Below are positions 1 to 9,072 of a stretch of DNA of 56,930 nucleotides, in pieces. The translations under genes and the position numbers were made by a program. Under the pieces are notes generated by a model. The model had not been told where the DNA came from and did no database searches. It was given only the letters and a program-made list of their open reading frames with translations. Within the stretch, counting starts at the first letter, position 1. The number at the start of each line of letters is the position of its first letter. The DNA is taken from the NCBI GenBank assembly GCA_018304045.1, contig JAGVWZ010000022.1:1-56930 (forward strand). Reading direction: 5' to 3'. The DNA comes from Candidatus Pacearchaeota archaeon. Its GTDB lineage: Archaea; Nanobdellota; Nanobdellia; Pacearchaeales; GW2011-AR1.

Positions 1-45
1 GAAATACCCTCCTGTCTTACATTAGACTACTGATATGAAAGACAA

Positions 46-69
46 CATATTTTGCTTAAGCAAAATATG
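46..69. repeat. perfect 24-nt palindrome (possible hairpin terminator or operator)
   Basis: catattttgc-ttaa-gcaaaatatg read directly. It has 10-bp arms around TTAA and lies upstream of the CDS at 173. Confidence 0.4.
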
Positions 70-172
70 CAAATTCAAACTATAAAGAAATTATATTTCT
101 CAAAAATAATCAGTTAATCGGAGAGACTGTGTTTACAATAATACTTATAAGTTATTAAAATAAATAATAAAT

Positions 173-718
173 ATGATTCAGAGAAATTTACAGATAGGAA
201 TTATAGGTCCTTCTAAAATCAATTATCCTGCAAATGATGTTTTAGCAAATAGATTAGAATCTATTGCTGAGGAGACAGGTAGATTAATTGGTAGTGCTGG
301 TGCAATATTATTTACTGGGGGCGCAGATGGAGTGATGGAAGCTTCTTCAAGGGGTGCAAGATATTCAGAGGGAATTGTTGTTGCAACTCCAGGTTCAAGG
401 AGACTATCTTCTAATGAATATGTAGATGTCGAAGTCCTTACGCCTATTAATGTTGGTGATTTTCTTTTTGCAGGAATCTTAAGCAGTGATTCATTAATTG
501 TAATTGGGGAATCTGCAGGAACTACTGCAGAACTCGCTTTGGGTTACAGACATAAAAAACCTACTATAATTATTCGTGGATTTAGTGATTATTATGACAG
601 TTTAATAAATAGATATATGGACAGAAAAAATTGCGTTAAATTCTTAGGTGCAGACAGTCCTGAAAAAGCAGTTAGACTTGCGATTGAGGAAGCTGAAAAA
701 TATTTTAGAGAAGGTTAA
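173..718 (+). CDS. TIGR00725/LOG-like (SLOG) Rossmann-fold protein
   Basis: 181 aa. The FTGGADGVMEASSRGA and GESAGTTAEL motifs are typical of the LOG/TIGR00725 family. Confidence 0.55.
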   Translation: MIQRNLQIGIIGPSKINYPANDVLANRLESIAEETGRLIGSAGAILFTGGADGVMEASSRGARYSEGIVVATPGSRRLSSNEYVDVEVLTPINVGDFLFAGILSSDSLIVIGESAGTTAELALGYRHKKPTIIIRGFSDYYDSLINRYMDRKNCVKFLGADSPEKAVRLAIEEAEKYFREG

Positions 719-785
719 ATATAAATAGTCTTTTTTTAATTAGTTGATTTTATGTTAGACCCTAAAACCTTAATTTCTACTGTAG

Positions 786-1334
786 ATGATAGATAGATTG
801 GAATTGAGAAAATGTATGTCTCTCTATACTTCAGAAGGGGTTCTTAGGCCAGTTTATCTTGTTCGATTAGGTGGATTGGATTATGTTCTCAAATTATCCA
901 ACTGTTCTATTGATTGGGAAAGAAAACATCATTCTATGGAAGTTGCAGCTCTTAAACTTGTTAGGGGCATTGAAGGAGTAACTCAATTAATTCAAGACTA
1001 TGGGGAAATTGATTTTAATTCATCAGCATATTATGCAATACTAAAAGAATATTTTTATGGAAGAGACTTAATGGAATATGGAGAAATTAATTCTAGGATT
1101 GAAATTCAATTAGGAAAGACTCTTGGAGAATTGCATGAACATGGAGTTGTTCATGTTGATCTATGGCCTCAGAATATTGTTGTTTCTTAGGATAGGGTCT
1201 GTGTTAAAATTATTGATTTGGGGAAATGTTTGGTTTATGGTAATGAGGGAAAAAGACTTGACAGATTAATGCAAAGAGATTTTTATAATCTTGAATGTCT
1301 CTTAGAGAGATTACGAAGAAATTCAACTGGTTAG
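786..1334 (+). pseudogene. small Bud32/RIO-like protein kinase interrupted by an in-frame TAG
   Basis: Catalytic loop HVDLWPQNIVV is followed by TAG at 1188-1190, then VKIIDLG (the DFG equivalent) in the same frame. The frame stays open to 1334. Confidence 0.55.
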
Positions 1335-1386
1335 TTTATATTGATTAAACCAAACTTATATAGAAAATAAAGACTTAAAATAATTA

Positions 1387-1446
1387 AGGTTATCCCTATG
1401 AACTGATAAGGGCGTTTAAGAAAAGGATTGTTCATAGGGATAACCT
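1387..1446. repeat. 17-bp perfect inverted repeat with a 26-nt spacer
   Basis: aggttatccctatgaac (1387-1403) pairs with gttcatagggataacct (1430-1446). It lies between the kinase remnant and hisD. Confidence 0.6.
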
Positions 1447-1519
1447 ATTGGGAGTAGTTTTATAAGTAATAAACTCAACAGATAGGTTGTTTAACTTTAA
1501 ACCGCAGCTATAAATAAAA

Positions 1520-2782
1520 ATGATAACTAGCAATATTATGGAAGTAATCTCTTATGAACGGGCAAAGGAAATTAATTGGAGAAGAGATGATTCAGAGGAG
1601 ATGCCCCTTGTTAGAAAAATTCTTGATGCTGTAAAATTAAGGGGAGATGATGCTGTTAATTTTTATAATCAACAATTTGATGGGATTTCTCTTAATAGAT
1701 TTGATGTTACAGATGATGAAATAAAACAAGCATATAATCTTGTTTCTTCTGAGACAATATCTGCAATAAAAGCTGCGGCTAAAAATATAAGAACTTTTGC
1801 AACACAACAAATGACTCAAATTAAAGATCTAAATTTTAATCAGAATGGTGTTGAACTGGGTCATAGAATTGTTCCGATTAATAGTATAGGTTGTTATGTT
1901 CCTGGGGGAAATTATCCTTTACCTTCTTCTGCTTTAATGTCAGTTATTCCTGCAAAAGTTGCAGGAGTTAAAAATGTGATTGTTTGTTCTCCAAAAATTC
2001 AACCAGTAACTATTGTTGCAGCTCATATTGCCGGGACTGATAAAATATATAAAATTGGGGGAGTTCAGGCAATTGGTGCAATGGCCTATGGGACAAAAAG
2101 TGTTTTTAAAGTAGATAAAATAGTCGGTCCTGGAAATAAATATGTTTCAGCTGCTAAAAAAGAAGTTTACGGAATTGTTGGGATTGACTTTTTAGCAGGA
2201 CCTAGTGAAGTTCTTATTATTGCAGATGAGGGTGCAAATCCGAGGTATATTGCGGCAGATTTACTTGCTCAGGCAGAGCATGATGTTGATGCAAGGGCAA
2301 ATTTAATAATAACTTCTAGGGATTTTGAATCAAAAGTCCAAGAAGAACTTTTTTTGCAATTAGCTAATTTGAAAACAAAAGATATTGCGTTACAATCTTT
2401 AAAAAAAGGAAAGATAATTTTAGTTAGTTCTCTTGATCAGGCTGTTTTATTAAGCAATCAGATTTCTCCGGAACATTTAGAATTACAGGTAAGTAATCCG
2501 GACTCTCTTCTTGATAGATTAACAAATTATGGTTCTTTATTTATTGGTAAATATTCGGCAGAAGTTTTTGGGGATTATTGCAGTGGGCCCAATCATATTC
2601 TTCCGACTTCAGGGGTGGCTAATTATTCTGGGGGATTATCTGTAAAAGACTTTGTTAAAGTTCTTACTTATCAAAAAGCTTCTAGTAATTGTATTTCTGA
2701 ATTAATTGATATTGCTTCTAAGCTGGCTAATGCAGAGGGCCTTGATGGCCATAGAAATGCTGCTGAAATAAGAAAAAATTAA
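1520..2782 (+). CDS. hisD: histidinol dehydrogenase
   Basis: 420 aa carrying the AQAEHD, SPEHLEL and GDYCSGPNHILPT signatures of HisD. Confidence 0.9.
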   Translation: MITSNIMEVISYERAKEINWRRDDSEEMPLVRKILDAVKLRGDDAVNFYNQQFDGISLNRFDVTDDEIKQAYNLVSSETISAIKAAAKNIRTFATQQMTQIKDLNFNQNGVELGHRIVPINSIGCYVPGGNYPLPSSALMSVIPAKVAGVKNVIVCSPKIQPVTIVAAHIAGTDKIYKIGGVQAIGAMAYGTKSVFKVDKIVGPGNKYVSAAKKEVYGIVGIDFLAGPSEVLIIADEGANPRYIAADLLAQAEHDVDARANLIITSRDFESKVQEELFLQLANLKTKDIALQSLKKGKIILVSSLDQAVLLSNQISPEHLELQVSNPDSLLDRLTNYGSLFIGKYSAEVFGDYCSGPNHILPTSGVANYSGGLSVKDFVKVLTYQKASSNCISELIDIASKLANAEGLDGHRNAAEIRKN

Positions 2783-2783
2783 T

Positions 2784-3461
2784 ATGGTAAATTTAATTGC
2801 TTTTGATTGCGATGGAGTTTTAAGGGATGAATCTGAATCCTATACTCGATGCATAGCAGAGACTGTTGCTTTTTTTGATAATAATATTTTTGCAACAACT
2901 GAAGAATTAAATGAATCAATTAAAGAGAGCAATGATGATTGGGAAAGAACCCATAGAATTCTTCAACAGAGAGGAGTTTTTGTAGATTTTGGAATAGTAA
3001 AAGAGCATTTTCAAGATTTATATCTTGGGAAAAAAATAAATTTTAGTGGTTATATTAACAATGAACCTTGGTTAGTAGATAATAATTTACTTGGGCAATT
3101 GATTAAGAGATATATTTTAATTATTGTTAGTGGTGCGCCTATTGATGAGGTTAAATATGCTCTTAAGAAAAATAATGCAGAGAAGTATTTCCAATTAATT
3201 CTTGGAATGAATGAATGTAAAAGTAAAAAAGATGGTTTGCATTTTGCAATTGAAAAATTTAAACCTAAAAAAGTATTTTTTTGTGATGACAGGCCTTCTC
3301 CAATAAAATCTGTTAAAGAATTGGGAAATATGACTAATGCTTATGGTATTCTGCCTCCGGTTTATGATATTGGTTGGAAAGAGATTCTTCTTGATTCTGG
3401 TGCTGAAAAAGTTTTTGATGATGTAAATGATTATTGTAAATTTCTTATTGAATTAAAATAG
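2784..3461 (+). CDS. HAD-superfamily hydrolase/phosphatase
   Basis: Motif I FDCDGVL near the N-terminus and a C-terminal FFCDD motif. It starts 2 nt after the hisD stop. Confidence 0.6.
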   Translation: MVNLIAFDCDGVLRDESESYTRCIAETVAFFDNNIFATTEELNESIKESNDDWERTHRILQQRGVFVDFGIVKEHFQDLYLGKKINFSGYINNEPWLVDNNLLGQLIKRYILIIVSGAPIDEVKYALKKNNAEKYFQLILGMNECKSKKDGLHFAIEKFKPKKVFFCDDRPSPIKSVKELGNMTNAYGILPPVYDIGWKEILLDSGAEKVFDDVNDYCKFLIELK

Positions 3462-3471
3462 TTTATTGTAC

Positions 3472-3494
3472 TTTTGTTACTATCAGTAACAAAA
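3472..3494 (+). terminator. hairpin downstream of the HAD gene
   Basis: ttttgttact-atc-agtaacaaaa, a 10-bp stem starting 11 nt after the stop codon. No clear T-tract follows. Confidence 0.3.
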
Positions 3495-3602
3495 TAAACT
3501 ATCCTTGTCATTATATACTTTTTATTATAGTATTATTTATAAATGATTTTTTTGATTTATTTTTGTGTTTTAACTCAATAGGGGTGATAAGGATGAGATA
3601 TA

Positions 3603-6044
3603 ATGAAAACAAACATCAAATTAATAATATTGGTTTTTTTAATATTAATAGGTTCTATGAGTTTTGTTAATGCAGTAACAATATGTGCTACTGGGCAAAA
3701 TTCATCTGGAAGTTTTAATCCTAATAATGGAGAAGTATTTGATATTGGAAATAGTTTTAATGGAATTTATAATTTTGTAAAAAGTAAGGCTTCTATAGGA
3801 ACTTGCCCACTTTCTGGTGGGGGAAATGCAATGTTTTTAGCTTATGCTGAATGGTATACTGGACAGTGCTCAACTTCTTTATCAGTGAGTCAACTTGATC
3901 CAACTGTTACTAAAATTTGTAATTTAGCAGGATATAGAGATCCATATACTTGGAGCAGTTATTTTAATGCAGATGGTGGAAGATGTAATTACCATAGTCC
4001 TGATAATGATTGTTTATGGTATTGGAATGGAAATAGTTTTCAATATATGGATGGAGAACCTGAATATATAAAAAGATGGATTACTGCTTTGAAATGTATT
4101 AATCGTTTACCTCAATGTAATGATGGGAAAGATAATGATGGGGATGGAAAAGTTGATTATCCTGCTGATTTAGATTGTACTAGTAAAAATGATGACAATG
4201 AAGGAGTTCATTGTGTAGTATGTGCTTCAAATGCTGATTGCAATGATAATAATAACAGGACAGAAGATATTTGTATAAATCCGGGAACAGCTCAAAGTAC
4301 TTGTCAGCATAATTATGTTAGATGCGCAAGCAATACTGATTGTGGTACAGATGGATTTACAGGAAATTTGTTTTGTCAGGGAAATGGGATTTTTCAAAAT
4401 TATAATTCTTTTATTTGCAGTAATCCTGGAACAAACTCAAGTTCTTGTTCAAATATTGTTACTCCTATGTTAAAATCAAGTTGTTCACAAGGACAAATTT
4501 GCAGTAATGCTCAATGCATTACAACACAATGTTCAAATGGAATTGATGATGATATTGATGGTTTTATTGATAGTCAAGACCCTGGTTGTTGGAATAATAT
4601 TAATGATGCTAATACTTACAATCCTTTATTAAATAATGAGTCAAGTGCTGGAATTACTTGTTTTACTAATGCTCAATGTGGAAGAGATGATTATGTTGAA
4701 AATAAATATTGTCAAAATGGAAGTGTATATCAAGATTACAAATCATTTACTTGTTTAAATCCAGGACTTGGTGGAAGCTCATGTTCTTCAATAACTTCAC
4801 CAAGATTAGTACAGGGATGTACAAAAGGATGTTCTAGTGGAACATGCCTTCAATTTACTTGCTATTCAAATTCAGATTGTAATGATAATGATGTTTATAC
4901 TGTTGATGAATGTAATAATCCTGGAACATCTCAAAGTTATTGTAATAATACTAGAGTAAATTGTGTTAATGATAATGATTGTGGATTTACTGGATTTTTT
5001 GGAACTGAATTCTGTTCTAGTAATGATGTTTTTAAGAATTTTAAAACTTCTAGATGTGTAAATCCTGGAACAAAACAAAGCAATTGTCAAGTCACTACTG
5101 CTCCAACATTTTTAATTGATTGTGGAGATAGTTCTTGTGGTAGTTTTGGAACTAATTATTGTAAAACAGATGGAAATGTTTATCATCAAAAAACTTGCAA
5201 TGATAAAGGATGTAGTAATGGTACTTGTTTTAGTACTTTTAGAGTTGATGAACAATTAGTTCAAACTTGTTCAAAGGGATGTTCTAATGGTCAATGCAGA
5301 CCTGAATGTGCTTCAAATGCAGATTGCAATGATAATAATTCAAATACACAGGATATATGTTTAAATCCTGGAACACAGCAAAGTGTTTGTCAGCATAATA
5401 TTGTAGGATGTAATGCTGATTCTGATTGTGGAACAAGCAGATTCTTAAATCAATTAACTTGTCAGAATGGAAATGTTTTTGATAGTTATATAATATTTAT
5501 GTGCATGAATCCAGGAACTGGAACTAGTTCTTGTATGAATCATACAGAAAGCAGGCAAGTAACAAATTGCACTAATGGCTGCCAAAATGGAATGTGTTTA
5601 GAAGGACAATGCACTGTTGATTCTGATTGTCATGCAGATTATGCTTCAAGTAAATATTGCATTAGTAATAGTGTTTATGAGGACTTTCATAATTATTCTT
5701 GTTCTACTAGTCATGTTTGCAGTGAAAATATAAGTAAAAGATTAGTTGAAACTTGTGATTATAGATGTAGGGATGGTGCTTGTAGAGATAAGACAAGTGG
5801 TAGTTTAATTGAAGAAGAAACTAGTGAAACAAGTCCTTTAATCTTAGTTGAAAATGATAGTGATAGAATGAAGATTATTGAAAGTGTTTATTCTGATGGA
5901 TTAAATGAAACTTCTTTGAAATTAGGAAAAGGTTATGCAGTTACATCTAATAATTATAATTACCTGTGGTTATGGTTAATTGGATTAATAATTTTATTAG
6001 TAATAATTATAATTGTTGTGATTGTAATATTAAATCAAAGATAA
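3603..6044 (+). CDS. secreted, C-terminally anchored cysteine-rich repeat surface protein
   Basis: Signal peptide MKTNIKLIILVFLILIGSMSFVNA. There are about 10 reiterated modules (C.SN.DCNDNN..T.D.C.NPGT.QS.C ... GC.NG.C) and one CNDGKDNDGDGKVDYP motif. A C-terminal TM segment reads LWLWLIGLIILLVIIIIVVIVIL. Confidence 0.6.
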   Translation: MKTNIKLIILVFLILIGSMSFVNAVTICATGQNSSGSFNPNNGEVFDIGNSFNGIYNFVKSKASIGTCPLSGGGNAMFLAYAEWYTGQCSTSLSVSQLDPTVTKICNLAGYRDPYTWSSYFNADGGRCNYHSPDNDCLWYWNGNSFQYMDGEPEYIKRWITALKCINRLPQCNDGKDNDGDGKVDYPADLDCTSKNDDNEGVHCVVCASNADCNDNNNRTEDICINPGTAQSTCQHNYVRCASNTDCGTDGFTGNLFCQGNGIFQNYNSFICSNPGTNSSSCSNIVTPMLKSSCSQGQICSNAQCITTQCSNGIDDDIDGFIDSQDPGCWNNINDANTYNPLLNNESSAGITCFTNAQCGRDDYVENKYCQNGSVYQDYKSFTCLNPGLGGSSCSSITSPRLVQGCTKGCSSGTCLQFTCYSNSDCNDNDVYTVDECNNPGTSQSYCNNTRVNCVNDNDCGFTGFFGTEFCSSNDVFKNFKTSRCVNPGTKQSNCQVTTAPTFLIDCGDSSCGSFGTNYCKTDGNVYHQKTCNDKGCSNGTCFSTFRVDEQLVQTCSKGCSNGQCRPECASNADCNDNNSNTQDICLNPGTQQSVCQHNIVGCNADSDCGTSRFLNQLTCQNGNVFDSYIIFMCMNPGTGTSSCMNHTESRQVTNCTNGCQNGMCLEGQCTVDSDCHADYASSKYCISNSVYEDFHNYSCSTSHVCSENISKRLVETCDYRCRDGACRDKTSGSLIEEETSETSPLILVENDSDRMKIIESVYSDGLNETSLKLGKGYAVTSNNYNYLWLWLIGLIILLVIIIIVVIVILNQR

Positions 6045-6055
6045 AAAATATCTTC

Positions 6056-6232
6056 TTAAACTTTTATTGCATTAACAGGACAAGCATCTGCGGCCTCTTT
6101 AACACAGGGAATTTTTGATTTATCCTGTGATTTTTTTATGCTGGCTTTTCCGTCTTTCATTTCAAAGACTTGTTCACATATTGCAGTGCAAGCTCCGCAT
6201 CCAATACATGTTTCTTTATTTACTGATACCAT
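6056..6232 (-). CDS. single-cluster 4Fe-4S ferredoxin (58 aa, below the ORF-track cutoff)
   Basis: Hand translation gives MVSVNKETCIGCGACTAICEQVF...CVKEAADACPVNAIKV, with a CxxCxxC...CP motif. GGAGGATA lies directly upstream of the ATG. Confidence 0.75.
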   Translation of the reverse strand: MVSVNKETCIGCGACTAICEQVFEMKDGKASIKKSQDKSKIPCVKEAADACPVNAIKV

Positions 6233-6411
6233 TATCCTCCTTTATTGCAATTTGATCCATTTATATTATTTTTGCAACTATTATTTTCTATATTTTTTAT
6301 TGTGTTTCCTGTAACAAGTCCCGTATATTTTGTTATGACTCCTGTAATAAAATAAAAACTTGTTATTAAGAGTATTATGATAATTATTGTGATTATTATT
6401 TCTTTTTTCAT
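6232..6411 (-). CDS. small membrane protein (59 aa) translationally coupled to the ferredoxin
   Basis: Hand translation gives MKKEIIITIIIIILLITSFYFITGV... Its TAA overlaps the ferredoxin ATG as TAATG. Confidence 0.4.
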   Translation of the reverse strand: MKKEIIITIIIIILLITSFYFITGVITKYTGLVTGNTIKNIENNSCKNNINGSNCNKGG

Positions 6412-6492
6412 GGATGTATGAGAAAATTTATGCTTTTAAATCTTGCTTTTTAGTATGCGAAAATTTAAATATAAAGATATTTTCTTTAATAC

Positions 6493-8832
6493 ATGGCAAA
6501 AAAGATGGTGTATGTTTCTGATAAGGATAATTATGTTAAATGGTTTTCTGAATTATCTAATAAGAATGTTTCTATTGCAGGTGGAAAAGGTGCAAGCCTT
6601 GCTGAGATGTATAATAATGGATTTCCTGTTCCTCCTGGATTTTGTATAACTGCTCAGAGCTTTGATTATTTTTTAACAAAAGCTGGAATAAAAGAAAAAA
6701 TAAATGAAATCATTATGAAAGTTCCTGATTTAGAGGATACAGAAGAACTGCAAAAAGCATCTAGGCAGATTAGGGATTTAATTGAAAGCCAGAAACTTCC
6801 TACTGAAATGGAGGAAGAGATTTTAGAATCTTATAAGATTTTGAGTTCTGAAAAAATTGATTCAATTGGTGTTAGTCAGGATGCATTAAATATTTTAAAA
6901 AATTCTCATGAACCTGTTTTTGTTTCTGTAAGAAGTTCAGCTACTACTGAAGATCTTGCAGATGCTAGTTTTGCAGGGCAGCAGGAAAGTTTTTTGAATG
7001 TTAAAGGTGATAGGCAGTTGATAATGAATGTAAAAAAATGTTTTTCATCACTATACACACCAAGGGCAATTTACTACAGACATAAAAAAGGTTTTGTAGA
7101 AGGGCAAGCTTTGCTTTCTGTTGTTGTTCAGAAAATGATTGATTCTGCTAAATCCGGAGTTATGTTTTCAAGAGATCCTGTTGGAAATCAGGATAATATT
7201 GTTATTGAAAGTGTTTTTGGACTTGGAGAAGGAATTGTTTCAGGACAAATTAAACCAGATCATTATGTTATTTCAAGAGATTTGGAAATTAAAAGTGTAA
7301 AAGTTTTAGATAAAAAAATAGCTTTTGTTAGAAATAGTTCTGGTGAAAATACTGTTGTTAAATTAAATCCTGAAAAAAGTAATAGTCAAGTTTTAACTGA
7401 AAAACAAATAAGAGAACTTGCTAATTATGGATTAAGATTAGAAGAGCATTATGGGAAGCCACAGGATATTGAGTTTGCAATTGATACTGAAAAAACTTAT
7501 ATTGTTCAATCAAGACCTATCACAACTTTAAAAGCAGGTGGTAAAAATGTTACTAGTAAAGAATTGAAAGGAAATGTTTTATTAACTGGACTTGGAAGCA
7601 GCCCGGGTATTGGTGTTGGTGTTGTTAAAATTATATATAGTATGAAGGATTTGAATAAAATCCAAAAGGGTGATGTTTTAGTAACTGAAATGACTAATCC
7701 AGATATGGTTGTTGCAATGGAGAGATCTGTTGCCATTGTTACTGATGAAGGTGGAATAACTGCTCATGCATCTATTGTTTCTAGGGAACTTGGAATTCCT
7801 TGTGTTGTTGGAACAGAGACTGCAACTAAAACCTTAAAAGACGGAATGATCATAACTGTTGATGGTACTAATGGAAAAGTCTATGAGGGAAAAGTTGCTG
7901 AAAGTGAGAAGAAAGAAATTAAAAAAGCACTTCCAACTGAAAGGATTAAACTAAAAGTTATTGTTGATATGCCTGAAAGTGCTGAAAGAGCAAAGGCATC
8001 TGAAATTGATTTTGTTGGTTTGACTAGAATTGAGGGAATAATTGCAAGTTCTGGAAAGCATCCGCTTTATTATGAAAAAAATGATTGTTTAAGTGATTAT
8101 GTTGATTTACTTTCTGATAAATTTGAGAAAATAATAAATCATTTTAATGGCATGTGGATAAGAAGTAGTGATATAAGAACTGATGAATTTGCAAGTTTAG
8201 AAGGGGCTCCTAAAAAAGAAATGAATCCAATGCTTGGACTTCATGGAATAAGATTTTCATTAAAACATCCTAAAATATTTGAAGCTGAATTAATGGCAAT
8301 AAGAAAAGTTGCATTAAAACATCCTAATAAAATTTTTGGAGTTATGTTTCCACAGGTTATTTCAGTTGATGAAGTAAGGCAGGCTAAGGAGCATTTTATT
8401 AAATTTAAAACAGATAATATGCAATTTGGAGTTATGATTGAAACTCCTGCTGCTTGTATGATTATTGAGGATATTTGTAAAGAAGGTGTTGATTTCATTT
8501 CTTTTGGAACAAATGATTTAACTCAGTTTACACTTGCAATTGACAGAGAAGAAGAAGATGTGCAGTTTTTGTATAATGAACTTAATCCTGCTGTTTATTC
8601 TCTTATAAAAAGAGTTATTGGAGTTTGTAGAAGATACAGGATTGAAACAAGCATTTGCGGACAGGCTGGAAGCAAACCTGAAATGGTTGAATTTTTATTT
8701 AGAAAAGGAATTAATTCAATTTCTGTAAATGCAGATGCTGCCTATGATGTATCGGTTTTAATAAATAAATTACAGGAAGATTGGAAGGCTAGCAAAGCTA
8801 TTGAAAATAATAAAGAGGAGTTATTATTATGA
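6493..8832 (+). CDS. ppsA: phosphoenolpyruvate synthase (pyruvate, water dikinase)
   Basis: 779 aa. It has GGKGASLAEM in the ATP-grasp region, the phosphohistidine motif TDEGGITAHASIVSRELGIPCVVG, and a C-terminal FISFGTNDLTQ motif. Confidence 0.9.
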   Translation: MAKKMVYVSDKDNYVKWFSELSNKNVSIAGGKGASLAEMYNNGFPVPPGFCITAQSFDYFLTKAGIKEKINEIIMKVPDLEDTEELQKASRQIRDLIESQKLPTEMEEEILESYKILSSEKIDSIGVSQDALNILKNSHEPVFVSVRSSATTEDLADASFAGQQESFLNVKGDRQLIMNVKKCFSSLYTPRAIYYRHKKGFVEGQALLSVVVQKMIDSAKSGVMFSRDPVGNQDNIVIESVFGLGEGIVSGQIKPDHYVISRDLEIKSVKVLDKKIAFVRNSSGENTVVKLNPEKSNSQVLTEKQIRELANYGLRLEEHYGKPQDIEFAIDTEKTYIVQSRPITTLKAGGKNVTSKELKGNVLLTGLGSSPGIGVGVVKIIYSMKDLNKIQKGDVLVTEMTNPDMVVAMERSVAIVTDEGGITAHASIVSRELGIPCVVGTETATKTLKDGMIITVDGTNGKVYEGKVAESEKKEIKKALPTERIKLKVIVDMPESAERAKASEIDFVGLTRIEGIIASSGKHPLYYEKNDCLSDYVDLLSDKFEKIINHFNGMWIRSSDIRTDEFASLEGAPKKEMNPMLGLHGIRFSLKHPKIFEAELMAIRKVALKHPNKIFGVMFPQVISVDEVRQAKEHFIKFKTDNMQFGVMIETPAACMIIEDICKEGVDFISFGTNDLTQFTLAIDREEEDVQFLYNELNPAVYSLIKRVIGVCRRYRIETSICGQAGSKPEMVEFLFRKGINSISVNADAAYDVSVLINKLQEDWKASKAIENNKEELLL

Positions 8833-9014
8833 AAGGAAAAGAAGGAAAAGGTGTTATTGATGAAATTGATGATGTTGAAAGAATTAAAAAAGATGAAGCT
8901 AAAATAGAAGAAGAAGTTGATATTGGCAAGAAAGAAAAATTAAGGGAGCAAAAGAGAGTAGAGGATAATATTGAAACTGAAGAAACTGTTTTTGATTATG
9001 ATGAGAGTTTTTAA
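8829..9014 (+). CDS. small acidic/lysine-rich protein, unknown function
   Basis: Its ATG overlaps the ppsA TGA as ATGA. The composition is low-complexity and rich in E and K. Confidence 0.3.
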   Translation: MKGKEGKGVIDEIDDVERIKKDEAKIEEEVDIGKKEKLREQKRVEDNIETEETVFDYDESF

Positions 9015-9017
9015 TTT

Positions 9018-9036
9018 TTGTTAGCTGATGTAAAAT
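9018..9036 (+). repeat. left copy of a 19-nt perfect direct repeat (ttgttagctgatgtaaaat)
   Basis: Identical to 10238-10256. The two copies flank the NTase/HEPN-like pair. Confidence 0.8.
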
Positions 9037-9072
9037 AGTGAATGTGGATTATGATTAAGATGATGAGTTTTG

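Noticed and set aside
1188-1190. TAG reassigned as a sense codon (for example pyrrolysine or another recoding) across the genome.
   Set aside because: TAG terminates several well-defined genes in this window, ending at 3461, 12477, 21834, 39696 and 45350. No Pyl machinery is visible.
1637-1819. Many 60-105-aa ORFs lie antisense to, or out of frame within, long genes. Examples are 1637-1819, 4872-5090, 7506-7736, 8241-8498, 9134-9367, 16947-17138, 20117-20583, 28380-28610, 29849-31262, 31717-31914, 32287-33052, 37294-37721, 38136-38360, 41035-41352, 43626-43984, 44428-44625, 46393-46575, 47258-47606, 51581-52298, 54918-55341 and 55889-56110.
   Set aside because: They are embedded in genes with strong family signatures. 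Their composition is low-complexity (rich in I, L, F and S), typical of shadow frames in AT-rich DNA. They lack upstream signals.
6443-6649. A 68-aa ORF overlapping the start of ppsA.
   Set aside because: It is out of frame with a confidently identified ppsA and has a hydrophobic shadow-frame composition.
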